A program made the position numbers and the translations under genes. Under the pieces are notes generated by a model. That model did no database searches. It worked only from the letters and a program-made list of their open reading frames with translations, and was not told the origin of the DNA. Positions 37,264 through 48,289 of a DNA stretch of 64,000 nucleotides are shown one piece after another. The stretch covers positions 512,001 through 576,000 of the forward strand of contig CAVVLO010000005.1 of assembly GCA_963749155.1 (NCBI GenBank). The letters run 5' to 3'. Numbering within the stretch: position 1 is the first letter of the stretch; each line of letters begins with the position of its first letter. The stretch comes from an uncultured Armatimonadia bacterium. Lineage in GTDB: Bacteria; Armatimonadota; Zipacnadia; CAVVLO01.

Positions 37264-40200
37264 AACCACAACCTCTTCGGCTCCAAGAGTGAACTCGGCT
37301 GCCAGGCCTTGCGCTGTAAAGCCGGGCAGTGCTTCGGGCAGTACAGGCAAGAGGCGCGTTGCTGGCCCAAAATAACCGGCCTCCAGCCTCAGTTCGACCT
37401 GGGCAGGCGCCTGGCCGAAATTGAAGACTGTCAGATAGCACTCGCCACTCTCCAGACTGCCATAGCGTTCCACGCCAATCTGCTCGCCGGCCGCCTTCGC
37501 CTGGGTGACCGGCTGCCAGCCCGCCTGCTGCAGGCTCTTTATCACTGGGATATACCTGACAAACAGCGGCCGGTCGCGGTTATAGAGGGCTGGATTCTCA
37601 AAATAACAATCTGTCGCCGCGTTCTCGCTGAAGAAACCAGGGAAGGTCGCAAAGTGCGCGCAACGCTTGAAATAGCGTTCCACCAGTTCGTGGCTGAAGT
37701 CGTCATAATGAGTGTTCTGCAGCAGCAGATAAGGCTTCTGATAGGATAGCGCCCTGCGCAGGTTGAACCAGTCGCGACTGTCGGGAGTCCAATGGCCACC
37801 GGGATTCCAGTTGGTCTCTATCCCCGCCGCATCGAGATAAGGCATAAAGTGATACCAGCGCATTGGCGTCGTGTTGGCCATCATCAGCTTGTCGCGTTCG
37901 ATAAGCCAGCTCGAGAGGTCGGCCAAAAACGCCTGGGTTGCGAATATCAACGGTATGGCCGGCTGGTGAGTGCTGGCGTCGAAACAGAGGGGGAAGGAGG
38001 CGTTTTCCAGATGGTCCGGGCGCAAGTCCACATCATCGGAGGCCATCTCGCTGCTGTCTATATAGATGCCATCCAGCTCCGCTTGCTGCTCCTGACCGCT
38101 AAAATCGCCATCTTTCAGCAGATTCTCCTGGCTGTCCTCATACCGGACAGCAACCTCGTCAAACCAGGCAGTGCCAGTCTTGTCACCGCGCAGCAGCAGG
38201 TGCACGGCCAGCGATTTGAGAGGCTTCTCGGGGCGGATTATATGTTCGCCATACTGCCAGTCATGAGTGCCAGTCGCAAAGGGCACCACCTGGCCGAACA
38301 GGTCAGAGCCATCTTCGTACTTCGCGTCGACGTAAAGGCTGAAATCGGCGCCAGGCTCGCCGGTAACGCCTTCGGCTTTGCACCAGGCCCCAAGCACGAG
38401 GGGCTTGGCCGAGGGCTCGGGCAGGCTGAAGCGCTGGATAATATAGATTTCCCTTTCGCCCTCGGCTCTCAGAACGCGCAAGGAGGAGCCAGAACGACTG
38501 ATGGCGTTATCGATGGTAGCCTGGCCATTGACGGTCCAGGCTCCAAAGCTTGCAGAACTGCCGGCCTCGAAGGCGCCATAAAGCTGTTCCTGCTCGATCT
38601 GGGCCTTGGTAATCCTGCCTGCTGGCGCCGTGATGCCAGGGTCGGGGCTGACGATGAACATCCCTCCGCTGGCCCAGGGCACTTCCGCAGGCACAAAAGC
38701 GAGCTGCCCACTGGCGTCCCAGATGCCACTTGTTAGAGCGAACTGAGCGCCTCTGTCTCCTCCATCGGCGCGTCGCTCGACTTCCTCCACCACTGGTCCC
38801 AGCTCGCGAGAATAGTCCTTGGGCAGGTTTATCCAGAAAGAGGTCGGCTCGGTGTATACGAAAGAAAGGATGTCATGAGCGTCATCCCAGGCCACATTGT
38901 TGTTGCCCTCGTGGAACATAAAGCCGAAATCAGCAGGTTGCTGGACGGTGGAGATATCAGTGAAGGCCATCCACAGGCCTGACTGGTCGGTGCGCTTGGC
39001 GAAACTGGCCGGATAAACGCGATAGTAAGCCTCCAGCGCGCCTCTGAAGTCCCACTCGGGCCTGAAGGTAAACAGGCTGAAGGCAAAGGGAGCGCGCGAG
39101 GGATATCTTCTGTGAGTGGGCAGCAGGCCAAAATCGAGAGCCACTTGCAGCTCCATCGCGGCCCCATCGTAGCGCCCGCGCCAAAGCTGAGGCGTCTCCA
39201 TCGGTACGCCAACCGCCAGGCCGACCGGGCCTGCGATCGGGGCTAGTGGATAAATCGAATGCTGACCAAGCGCTCCGGCCCCGCACCGCGCAAACCGCGC
39301 ATAATCGGCGGCGTCTTCGATTGGGCGACTCTGGTCAGCCTGCTCACAGAACCGCCAGCCCTCGGCGTCAACCGGCAAGCCGAAATAGACCGTTATCGCC
39401 CTCGGCTTGCCTGTCGTGTCGCGCACCTCGCCCTGGGCGTAGATAGCAGGGCCGGTGGCGTCGAGGGTAGCAGTCAGTGTAAGCCCGAGCGGCTCGCAGG
39501 CGCCTTCGAAGGTGACCTGGTCGCCGGAGGTGCGATGGACCACGCCCCGGAACCAGTGCGCAGCTCCGCCAGCTGCAACGTCGCGCGCGAAGAAGCCCCC
39601 CGGCGCGCGAGGGGCAGCTCCTCGCCGTTTACTAGGCAGCTCGCAGACTTCTCCGGTAGCGCCATCGAGGGTAAGCCCAAGGCCTGAGGTATTCTCGAGA
39701 TGCACTGGATCTTTAATCGAGCCAACTGCTTCAGGGGCCGGAGGCTTGTAGAAGCCCCCATCCAGCAGATAGCTGTTGGTGGCGCCTTGCAGCACCGAGA
39801 GGCTCGCGTCATCGAACCAGGCCGTGCCTGTCTTCCACCGCAACAGCAAGTGCATCGTGATGCGTTTGACTGGCTTGGTGGGGAAGACCATCACATGGGC
39901 CTGCTGCCAGTCGTGCGTGCCTGGCGCGAAGGCTGCGGTCTGGCCCCAAAGGTTATCTCCATCGGCATATTCGATATCCAGATAGACCGAATACCCAGGA
40001 TTGGCGGGACCGGTGACGTCTTCAGCTTTGCTCCAGGCACTGGCGAGGATCGGCGCCTGCACGGGCTGATCGAAGGTGAGGGACTGCGAGATGCCAGTTT
40101 CCACGTCATCTGAAGGGGGAGAGAGCCTGGCGCAGGCTGAACCCTCGCGCCCTTCGCTGGTCAGCTCAAAGCCAGAGGCCCACGGTCCCCAGCCTTCGAC

Positions 40201-40350
40201 TGAATCGAAGCCAGGATTCAGGAGCAGATTGGCGCCAGATTGTTCATCAGCGGGTTCTCGCGCAACCAGGCCTGCAGCAAGGGCAGAGGTAGCAACCAGC
40301 AGCAGCAACAAGCTAAAGGTCAATTTCAACGACCAGCAGGGCAGGCTCAT
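37237..40350 (-). CDS. Large secreted carbohydrate-active protein with two CBM-like jelly-roll domains
   Basis: 1037 aa with signal peptide; duplicated ...GTHDWQ...TGTAWFD domain. Confidence 0.65.
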   Translation of the reverse strand: MSLPCWSLKLTFSLLLLLVATSALAAGLVAREPADEQSGANLLLNPGFDSVEGWGPWASGFELTSEGREGSACARLSPPSDDVETGISQSLTFDQPVQAPILASAWSKAEDVTGPANPGYSVYLDIEYADGDNLWGQTAAFAPGTHDWQQAHVMVFPTKPVKRITMHLLLRWKTGTAWFDDASLSVLQGATNSYLLDGGFYKPPAPEAVGSIKDPVHLENTSGLGLTLDGATGEVCELPSKRRGAAPRAPGGFFARDVAAGGAAHWFRGVVHRTSGDQVTFEGACEPLGLTLTATLDATGPAIYAQGEVRDTTGKPRAITVYFGLPVDAEGWRFCEQADQSRPIEDAADYARFARCGAGALGQHSIYPLAPIAGPVGLAVGVPMETPQLWRGRYDGAAMELQVALDFGLLPTHRRYPSRAPFAFSLFTFRPEWDFRGALEAYYRVYPASFAKRTDQSGLWMAFTDISTVQQPADFGFMFHEGNNNVAWDDAHDILSFVYTEPTSFWINLPKDYSRELGPVVEEVERRADGGDRGAQFALTSGIWDASGQLAFVPAEVPWASGGMFIVSPDPGITAPAGRITKAQIEQEQLYGAFEAGSSASFGAWTVNGQATIDNAISRSGSSLRVLRAEGEREIYIIQRFSLPEPSAKPLVLGAWCKAEGVTGEPGADFSLYVDAKYEDGSDLFGQVVPFATGTHDWQYGEHIIRPEKPLKSLAVHLLLRGDKTGTAWFDEVAVRYEDSQENLLKDGDFSGQEQQAELDGIYIDSSEMASDDVDLRPDHLENASFPLCFDASTHQPAIPLIFATQAFLADLSSWLIERDKLMMANTTPMRWYHFMPYLDAAGIETNWNPGGHWTPDSRDWFNLRRALSYQKPYLLLQNTHYDDFSHELVERYFKRCAHFATFPGFFSENAATDCYFENPALYNRDRPLFVRYIPVIKSLQQAGWQPVTQAKAAGEQIGVERYGSLESGECYLTVFNFGQAPAQVELRLEAGYFGPATRLLPVLPEALPGFTAQGLAAEFTLGAEEVVVLRASGTGG

Positions 40351-41056
40351 TTGTAGGTCCCTCCAGTAGAAAGTCTCCCTCGGGACAGCAGACCAGGCTG
40401 TCGCCTTGAAGTATTCGGCCCGCCCAGGGGCCTTCCGTTACGGCGCCCACAGAATCGGCTCCGATCAGCCAGACTTTGGATTCCTGGCAACGCGCCTGGT
40501 AGTAGGCCTTCAGGCTGGCCAGGTTGGCAGCTTCACCGCCAGGCTCTACAGCCCAGGCGACGGGGGAGAAGATCACCTTGCAACCCATCCGGGCAAGAGA
40601 GGCGGTCAACTCGGGCACGAAGGCGTCCGCGCAGATATGCAGGCCAACAAGCCCGAAATCTGGAGTGGGGATCGCCTGCAGCTTCCAGCCGCGCGTGTAG
40701 GGGGGTACCCCGACCTCCAGCTCATTAATCTTGTCGAAGACGAAGCGGAGCTTTCCAGCCCTGTCGAGGAAAATCGCACTATTGAAAACTTTGCCGCCTT
40801 CCTTGCGCGTAAGCCCCGAGATGATGTTTATCCGGTGCTCGCGAGCCTTGCCAACGAGGGCATTGGTCCACACCCCAGGCAGGGACTCGGCCTGCAGCCG
40901 CGCGGCCTCAGAAAGCCACCCCAAATCGCAGGCCTCGGGCAACACGACGAAGTCGGCGCGGTTCTCGGCGGCCAAATCGACCATCGCGAGGGCGCGTTCA
41001 AGATTGGCCTGCCTGTTGCTGTACTCGACCAGGAGCTGTGCCAGGGCTACCCTCAA
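40313..41056 (-). CDS. Carbon-nitrogen hydrolase (nitrilase) family protein
   Basis: Intact triad: LPEA, DKINE and ICAD. Confidence 0.9.
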   Translation of the reverse strand: MRVALAQLLVEYSNRQANLERALAMVDLAAENRADFVVLPEACDLGWLSEAARLQAESLPGVWTNALVGKAREHRINIISGLTRKEGGKVFNSAIFLDRAGKLRFVFDKINELEVGVPPYTRGWKLQAIPTPDFGLVGLHICADAFVPELTASLARMGCKVIFSPVAWAVEPGGEAANLASLKAYYQARCQESKVWLIGADSVGAVTEGPWAGRILQGDSLVCCPEGDFLLEGPTNEPALLVVEIDL

Positions 41057-41110
41057 GAGGGGCCACCTCCACCAAGTGGAATACGTAGATGATAATCGAG
41101 GAGGCGCGAT

Positions 41111-41467
41111 ATGTCAGCAAGTGAAAAGCCAAAAGCTATCGTCCGCCACATTAAAGATGCCCCGACCGTGCCTTGCCTGTGCGGTGAAAGCACTCGCCCC
41201 ATCACCCGGGCCGATACGCCGCTTGCCAACTTCCACGTGACCCATATTATGGACTCTCGCAAGCATTACCACGAGCGTTGCACGGAAATCTACTACATCC
41301 TTGAAGGGGAGGGCTTCCTCGAACTGGACGAAGAGGAAGTCGTCCTCAGCCCCGGCCTGGTTGTGCTTATACCAGCTGGCGTGGCGCATCGCGGCAGAGG
41401 CGATTTCCGCTCGGTAATTGTGGGAATGCCGGCGCAACACCCAGAAGATGAAGTGCTCGTTGACTAG
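41111..41467 (+). CDS. Cupin domain protein
   Basis: HYHERCTEIYYILEGEG and IPAGVAH motifs. Confidence 0.9.
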   Translation: MSASEKPKAIVRHIKDAPTVPCLCGESTRPITRADTPLANFHVTHIMDSRKHYHERCTEIYYILEGEGFLELDEEEVVLSPGLVVLIPAGVAHRGRGDFRSVIVGMPAQHPEDEVLVD

Positions 41468-41518
41468 TGGGGGCGTGGGGGCGCGGAGCGTAGCTCACGG
41501 ATGCCCCCGCGCCTTTCC
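41468..41518. terminator. GC-rich hairpin between convergent genes
   Basis: GGCGTGGGGGCG...TGCCCCCGCGCC followed by TTTC. Confidence 0.5.
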
Positions 41519-41578
41519 TGCCTTCCAGTTTATATTTCTATCCTGTCATAAGCCCGGTCTTGCCACTAGAAGAACCTC

Positions 41579-42724
41579 TTATCTCGGCAGATCCGGCATT
41601 GGAGAAAACTGACTGCTGCTCCACCGGGCGCGGATGAGCGCTGCCTCGATATAACCTCTGGCCTGGTCGGGATGACTGGCCGCCCAGACGATTGCCTCGT
41701 GGTCCAGGGCGTCCACGCGGTCATTCATCCCGCGCAGGGCGTCCATCGAGTTGAGCAGCGCGCGCTCGACCGGCATACGTTCAGGATTGATATCCAGCCC
41801 GAAATAGCCGTCATACCCGTGCATCTTGAGCGCGTAAAGTGCGGCTTCAGCTTGCTCGGGCGCGATTACGCCGACGTTCAGGTCCTGATCATAGTTGCCA
41901 AGAGGCTGGGCATTCCAGTGGGTGTGGAAGAGCTTGCCGTATTCGCATACCAGACTGAGTGAATAGGGAAGGTCCTCATAACCCATCAGCACGTGGCCGA
42001 CCTCGGGATTAAGTCCGACCAGGCTGTGACCTTCGGCAAGCAGAGCTTTGTTCTCGGGCGCCTGCAGCGCGGCTTCGGCTTTCTGGGACATCAGGATGCC
42101 CTCTGGCGTGGTGCCGTAGAGGATGCGCCCGCGCGGTTCGTAAGGCTTGGGCTCTTCCGCAACGCGCACTCCTGGCACGGCGTCCATCGCCTCGGCAAGT
42201 CCCCAGGCAAAGCGGTCGCGCGCCGCCATCAAATCAAGGCCAAAGGGATTCTCGTACCCATCAATGCCAGGCCAGACAATCGAAAAATCGGTGTCCAGCT
42301 CCTTGTTGAGCGCCAGGGTAATTTTCGTGCGTTCGATAGCGGCTTGCCGAACCTCAGGAAGCGGGCTGGAAAGCGCGCCGAACTCGAACTGGGCCTCATA
42401 GAAAAGGTTGGGGACGATGGTGATGAGCTTGATTCCCGTGTCGCTGGCGAAAGCCTTAAAGAGGTCGAGATTCTCCTCGTTTACTTCGTTTGGATAATGC
42501 GCTTCCAGGCCTCGCAAGCCGTATTTGTAAAGCTTGGAGGCTTCTTCCAGCACCTGTTCCATTGCCATCGAAGGGGTATACCTGTCATGGAACCGCCCTC
42601 CACCTGGCGCGAAGAACCACACCCCGGCTGAAAACTTGAGGTCGAGTGAGAAACCACCAAGTTGCCTGGCGAGTTCTTCGGGTGTGCGACGCTGCATCTG
42701 GCTACGGACATCTTGAAGACCCAT
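41579..42724 (-). CDS. xylA: Xylose isomerase-like enzyme
   Basis: VWPGIDG, EPKPYEPR, LNPEVGH and NYDQDL motifs; the substrate is inferred. Confidence 0.75.
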   Translation of the reverse strand: MGLQDVRSQMQRRTPEELARQLGGFSLDLKFSAGVWFFAPGGGRFHDRYTPSMAMEQVLEEASKLYKYGLRGLEAHYPNEVNEENLDLFKAFASDTGIKLITIVPNLFYEAQFEFGALSSPLPEVRQAAIERTKITLALNKELDTDFSIVWPGIDGYENPFGLDLMAARDRFAWGLAEAMDAVPGVRVAEEPKPYEPRGRILYGTTPEGILMSQKAEAALQAPENKALLAEGHSLVGLNPEVGHVLMGYEDLPYSLSLVCEYGKLFHTHWNAQPLGNYDQDLNVGVIAPEQAEAALYALKMHGYDGYFGLDINPERMPVERALLNSMDALRGMNDRVDALDHEAIVWAASHPDQARGYIEAALIRARWSSSQFSPMPDLPR

Positions 42725-42758
42725 ATCCAATCCCTCCAGTCAATCAGACTGAGAAGGT

Positions 42759-42785
42759 ATTGGCTCTCGGCGCCCGGCTTCCTGC
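42759..42785 (-). promoter_or_regulatory. Sigma-H-like promoter (GCAGGA-N17-CAAT)
   Basis: Upstream of the xylose isomerase start. Confidence 0.4.
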
Positions 42786-42792
42786 CAACGGC

Positions 42793-43194
42793 CTAGCAGG
42801 TCAGGTGCAACAGGGCAAAAGTGCGACGGCGCAATCGTTGCTGATTGTAGACAACGCAGGCGTGAGGGGTTGCGTGCAGTTCATAATCGATGCGGCGGAC
42901 AGCCAGAAAAGCCAAGGTAGATTCCGGCACCGTCATCAGCCCGTCACAGCCGGTGCCAATCACCAGCAGCGAGGGGCTGCGCGAAAGTACATCGTCCAGG
43001 TCGCAAGGGGTCAGCAGGTGGCATTCGACTCGCCACCAGTTCCTCTGGACGCCTTCAGGAGTGACAATCACGTCCTCGTTATAGCGCGCTCCGTCAACTG
43101 TCAGGGCGCCGAAACTGCAGTGAGTGATCTCTGGAGTTGCTCTCCGGACTTCGTCCTCAGCCTCAGACGCACCAGGTGTTCTGAGGGGTCCCAT
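42793..43194 (-). CDS. Mth938-like (DUF498/DUF598) protein
   Basis: SFGALTVDGARYNEDVIV, LVIGTG and ALLHLTC motifs; true start uncertain. Confidence 0.8.
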   Translation of the reverse strand: MGPLRTPGASEAEDEVRRATPEITHCSFGALTVDGARYNEDVIVTPEGVQRNWWRVECHLLTPCDLDDVLSRSPSLLVIGTGCDGLMTVPESTLAFLAVRRIDYELHATPHACVVYNQQRLRRRTFALLHLTC

Positions 43195-46100
43195 TTCAGC
43201 CTCACTAGTGCAACGCTTTGCAGCGTCTTAATAACTTCATTATCAAGGGCAAGTTCAATTTCGTCAACTGGAGCCGCAAGACGTAACTCCAATTCTCCCG
43301 CACCCTGCACGGAAAAGGATATTTCTATAGTAGTTATCCCTTTCGTAACCTTGACGTTATTCACGTCTACCTGCCACTGGCTGGGAGTAATCCAGACAGG
43401 CAGGCGTTCCCAGATTTCCGCAGCGCCAAGCGGGCTGGTTGAAGCGGGCAAGAGGAGCCTGCTCGAGGGCGTGTTGTCGATGCTCTCGGCCCCCTCACCA
43501 GTCCCGAGAAGCCCTCGCACCACCTGGCCAGTCGGCAATTTGATGCTGCGCGCTTTCGAGGCCCTGTTTATCGCTGCGACCCATTGGCCGAAGTCCAACA
43601 CCTCCAGACCGCTCTTCTGGTCATCTGGAGGAAACAGGGGCGCCAGGCCTGCCTCTTTGAGAAAGCTGGCTACCAGCAGCAGATCGCCAGCGCGCGCGGC
43701 ATCCAGCTCTTCTTCGCCTGTCCAGAGGTAGCAGTTCCCCTGCCTCAGCAGCACAGGCGTTGCAGCCTGACCTGCAGTTGCGAGGCTTTCGGTATTCGCT
43801 GCCAACTTGCCCCTTGGAGTAGCACTCGAAAGCGCAAGCTGGAAGGGCAGCGAGCTTTTCATAAAGCCGAAATCTCTGGCGAAAGCGCCTTGCGCATTAG
43901 CTACGCGCAGCGCGCAGGGGCCTGCGGTTATACCGGCAGCAGGATGATCAAGCTCAAGCGCTGCCACCAGGCAGTTCTCTTGCCCCAGGCGCACTAGCTC
44001 GGTCGGGAGTTTTACTTTTAACTCGCCTCGCAGGGCTTCGCCTTCGGCAGGCTTCAGCGCCTGGCCATTCAGGTACAGCCTGGCATCCGCCTCGACCCAG
44101 CGCAAGGCAAGTTCCAGCTCCTGACCTTCCCAGTCAGAGGGGAGGTTAAAGGTCTTCCTGACAAGAGCCGGGCCGATAAAGTCGCGCCATTTTGAGGTGC
44201 CTTCTCCAAGCAGGCCGGGTATCCAGGTGGCCTCCCAGGCCGCATCATCATACTCAACAGCAGAAGCCAGAACAGGCTCAGGAGCGCCTTCTGCGCCATA
44301 AAAGACCTGCCATAGGCCGGGCAAGCTCCAATTGGGAGAATTGCCCGCCTTCGGCAAGCGGAGTCGGAGGCGCAGCCCAGAAGAGCCCTCGCTTTGCCAG
44401 TTCGGCCTGCAAGCCTTTTGCGCCTGTAAGCCCACTTGCGCCCTGCCAGGGCCAACCCGCAAGAAGCACCGGCTTGCCCGACTCGGCAAGGGCTAGCACC
44501 GCCTCAGGTTCCATCCCATCAAGCTCGGCGATTACTGCCTGGTATCTGGAAAGCAGTTCCGGATGGGCGGCGAGATAATCGCTACTGGCGGCATCCCAGT
44601 CCAGCTCGCACTGTTCAACGAGCCGCATTGTGGAATCCAGACTCGAGGAGCCAAGCGCCATCCGGCGAAGGCTGCCAACGCAGAGCACCTGGGGGGAGCG
44701 CTCTCGGGAGGCGTTTGCGAAAAAAGGCGCCGCTTTGGTAAGGAAAGCTGCCTCAGGCTTAATCTCGCTGCGTTCATTGAGAAAGCCATAATCACGATAA
44801 TTGATGTAGGAGAAAGGCAGAAACCCTTGCCCCAGGCCAATCTGGCTGACAAACTGAGCCGCGAACCTGGGCACCACCTCGCTGTCGAAGCTCCAGGTGC
44901 CAGCCGCAGCCGCAAGCCTGGCCTGGGTGCCTCCAGCCCCATAGTGAGTGCCAACCGAGGTCAGCCCAGGAGTGTGCCACTGCATAAAGCTGACCAGATT
45001 GAGAGGGATGGGATCTTTCTCCCATTCCTGCCCGCCAACACTGGCTTGCTGCACTACCTGGACAAAAGGCGCTTCCTCTTTTACCAGGCGAGCGAGCTGG
45101 GCGCACAAGTCCACCTGATACTCCCGGGCCCAGGTCAGATAATCCGCCAGGCGCGCGCTCGTTTTTCCTGGCTCCCCGTGGCTTCCCGGAGGCAATACGC
45201 TGCCTTTCGCCAGGCTTTCGCCCTCGGCCAAACCATTGCGCTCAGGCAGCAATTCTGTGACGCTCCAGGCTCTGTTCAGCGCGGCATCGCTGCCATACCG
45301 CGCTTTGAGATAGCTATTCCAGCTTTTCATAAGCCAGGGCAGGTCGGCGATCGTTCCCGCATCGTCTTCAGGGGTCCACCAGGGCTCGATGCTGCTGATG
45401 GCGGGTTCGTTGGTAGGCACTTCGAAGCTGGCCACATTTTCTGAGGGCGCCACCAGATGAGCCAGAGCGCGAATCATAAGCGCAAGTCCCTCGGGATCCT
45501 GATAGGGATTCTGTTGATCGTTATGGGCGTTCTCAAAGCCTTCCGGCCCCTTATGAAACCATTCTGGATAAGGCCAGTGAGGATCGACATCCACCCATAG
45601 CCCCCATTTGTCCGCCCAGGCGATACAGGTGCGCATATAAGAGGCATAATCTTCAGCAACCTGGCCTTTCTCAGGCATAAAATCGGAAAGCTGCACAACC
45701 AGCCTGACTGCATTGAATCCCAGCCAGGCAAGCTGCCGGAAGTCTGCTTCGACAAGCGGGCGAAATCCGCCCTCTGCACGTCCCGGCACATAGATTGTCC
45801 GAGCAAGATAAGGGCCAAACAGATTGACAGGTTTGCCCGCCGGATCAAGCATCTGGCCGTCTTCGAAGCGCGCTCGCCGCTTGGCTCGTTCCTCAGCCGG
45901 CAGGTTGAAAAAAGCTGCCCAGACCTCTCCAAGTATCTCGTCACTGCTGATTAGCAGGCTGGCAAGCTCTCCGGAGGCGCCCTCAACCAGGAGGGATTCA
46001 GCCTCAAGCAAGCCCTCTTCAAGCCTCTTTACTGCCTCTTCCGGCGCCTTCCGGTCCTCGCCATCAACTGGCTCGAGATTTGTCTCCCACCAGGCCAGAG

Positions 46101-46941
46101 CGCCTCGCAGGGCAAGGTAGTGTTTTATGGCTGAGGCCCAGGCTTCAGCAGCCAGTAAGGGCTCTTCAACGGCTTCTGGAAGCGCCACGCCGGCTTCTGC
46201 AACCTGGCCAATCTGCTTCTGGATGGCAAGATAGGCGTCACTGGCAGCTTCGGCATAGTTGCTTGGGCAGAAGGCGCGCGCTTCAAAGGCCTCTGCATTC
46301 GCCATAAGCGCTCTGCCTCTGTCTGCGAACTGGGCCAGTTTCAACCGCCGGGCCTCTTCAGCGTCAGCAAGAAGGCTTGCAGAGTCCATCCAGACCTGTC
46401 CCGGAGCGCCCTCAAGACCGAAATAGACAGCTCCCACACGCCTGGGATCCAGAGGTTGCCCCTGGAAGGTGCGGATACGCGAGAAGACCAGTTCCTGCCG
46501 CTGCCAGTCAGTTGTCATCGAGAGGGCGACTCTCGCTATTGGCTGGGGATCCCAACGATTCGAGGTGGTGCTGAAATGGACAACCAGAGTGCCCTCTCTT
46601 GAGCCTTTCAGCCAAAAGGCAAGCCCTCTTGCGATGAGCCAGGTGGTCGGATTGGTCTCCATACCGAAGAAGCCCCATCCCTCGGTCGCCTCGTGGTCTT
46701 TCGCTTCAAACGTGACGCACAGGGCCCTGCCCTCTTTGCCCTCGGCCGCCAGTTTCCGCGCGCCTGTCCAGTTGTCACTGCAATCGAACCAGTCTCCCCA
46801 GGCGTCCATTGGCGAAGCCAGGGGCTCTTGGGCGGGTTCGAAGTCTGCCAGAAGCACCTCACCAGGCACCTCGCTGGGCCTTTGAGAATATCCGACAGTA
46901 GATATCAGCGCTAGCATCAGGACGAAGAACAACCGCTTCAT
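43101..46941 (-). CDS. Large secreted glycoside hydrolase (CBM-like, GH5/GH42-like barrel and GH2-type sugar-binding domain), frameshift at ~44320
   Basis: MKRLFF signal peptide; LGFNAVRL, TNEP and YGSDAALNRAW motifs; the second frame continues GLWQVFYG...LYLNG. Confidence 0.7.
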
Positions 46942-46983
46942 TCCGAGCCTCCTGCCCAAAACTGCTTGTTGGCCTACCCATGT

Positions 46984-46997
46984 CCCATTATAATGGG
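46984..46997. promoter_or_regulatory. Palindromic bidirectional -10 element CCCATTATAATGGG
   Basis: Perfect 14-bp palindrome with TATAAT on both strands, between divergent genes that each have an RBS. Confidence 0.5.
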
Positions 46998-47026
46998 TTA
47001 AGCCGCTCTTCAACAGGAGGCCAGTT

Positions 47027-48289
47027 TTGAACCGACTCCTGCTTTTGATTGTATTGTGTGCGCTGGGTGGATGGGTTGCCCTGGGCTTTGCTGATTCCGC
47101 TTCTTACGAGATAAAGCCTCGCCCAGCGCTTATGTATCTGCCTCTCGGTCTTCCAGTTGAGGTAGAGGCGCCCTCTGGCCTCGAAGCCAGTAAATGGCAG
47201 CAAGGGTATCAACTGGGCCGCGGTCTGGCTGAGGCTTTGCCTCTTGCAGCGGAAACTACTGAGCTTTTGCTTGCAGAGCCGATGGCCGACAAAAACTTCG
47301 ACGAGAAGAAACTGGCCAAATATTTGGCCGATCTCCAAAAGGCTTATACCGCAGGCAAAGCTGCTGACGTCTTCAAGCAACTTGACAAGCTTGCGGGGCA
47401 GGTTGAGGACTACGATGAGTATCTGCGAGACATCGCTGCCAAGCGCGGCTGGCAGGTTGTCTGGCTGGATGGCTCTCGCGAGCTTCCCTATCCCGCCTTC
47501 CAGGCCCTTCGGCGCTCACTTGGGCAAAGAGGCCAGTTGCCTTTAATGTGGCCAGAAGACGCCAACCGGGCTGATTTCGCCCTTGAGCTTGCTCCCTCTC
47601 TCGTAGATGGCGAGGGCTTCTTTCTCACTGATATTGAGATGCCAACCGGCCTTCGCCAATTGGTGCTCGAAGGCACTTCCTCTGCCGCCACTTGTGCAGG
47701 GGCCTGGCGCCTTGCGGTAGGAGAAGGCCTCTCCTTCAGGCAGGTCGCCTTTCCTGCTCTTCAGACTTATGGCTTGCGCCTCAGGCTTTCCGAACCTGGC
47801 CTGGCTAGCGCCGAGGCTGCCTGGCCTGCGCTGCGCGCGCTGGAAATTTCCGCTCGGGCTGGCCATAATTCGCTGGGGCTTCAGCTAATCGGTGAATGGA
47901 CTCCGGAAGGGCTTGGACGTCTTGAAGCCATATTGCTTGCTTCAGAAAAACTAGGGCTGACGCCCTTTTGTACAGCCTCTACTTCGCTGCGAGGTGGCTC
48001 TGCTCTTAAAGAAGCTCTCGAAAGGGGCGACTCTACCGAAGGGCCGCGCCTGCTCTTTGCGGAAGCCGAAGAACGCCAATCGGCCTTCTGGCAAGTGGCA
48101 GCCCAGGCAGTGCGTTCAGGGGTTACTTCGCTTGCCCTGCCTGCAATACCGCCCAGCGATGAAGGAGCAGAACGCCAACTCTTCCGGTCTTGCCTCGACC
48201 TTTCCTTCGCTGTCTGGAACCCCTTCGATCCTCCCTCGCGAACCTGGTACCAACTGCCTTCGGTAATCCTGCCAGAAGATTCAGAATAA
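47027..48289 (+). CDS. Secreted hypothetical protein
   Basis: 420 aa with signal peptide; TTG start follows AGGAGG. Confidence 0.75.
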   Translation: MNRLLLLIVLCALGGWVALGFADSASYEIKPRPALMYLPLGLPVEVEAPSGLEASKWQQGYQLGRGLAEALPLAAETTELLLAEPMADKNFDEKKLAKYLADLQKAYTAGKAADVFKQLDKLAGQVEDYDEYLRDIAAKRGWQVVWLDGSRELPYPAFQALRRSLGQRGQLPLMWPEDANRADFALELAPSLVDGEGFFLTDIEMPTGLRQLVLEGTSSAATCAGAWRLAVGEGLSFRQVAFPALQTYGLRLRLSEPGLASAEAAWPALRALEISARAGHNSLGLQLIGEWTPEGLGRLEAILLASEKLGLTPFCTASTSLRGGSALKEALERGDSTEGPRLLFAEAEERQSAFWQVAAQAVRSGVTSLALPAIPPSDEGAERQLFRSCLDLSFAVWNPFDPPSRTWYQLPSVILPEDSE

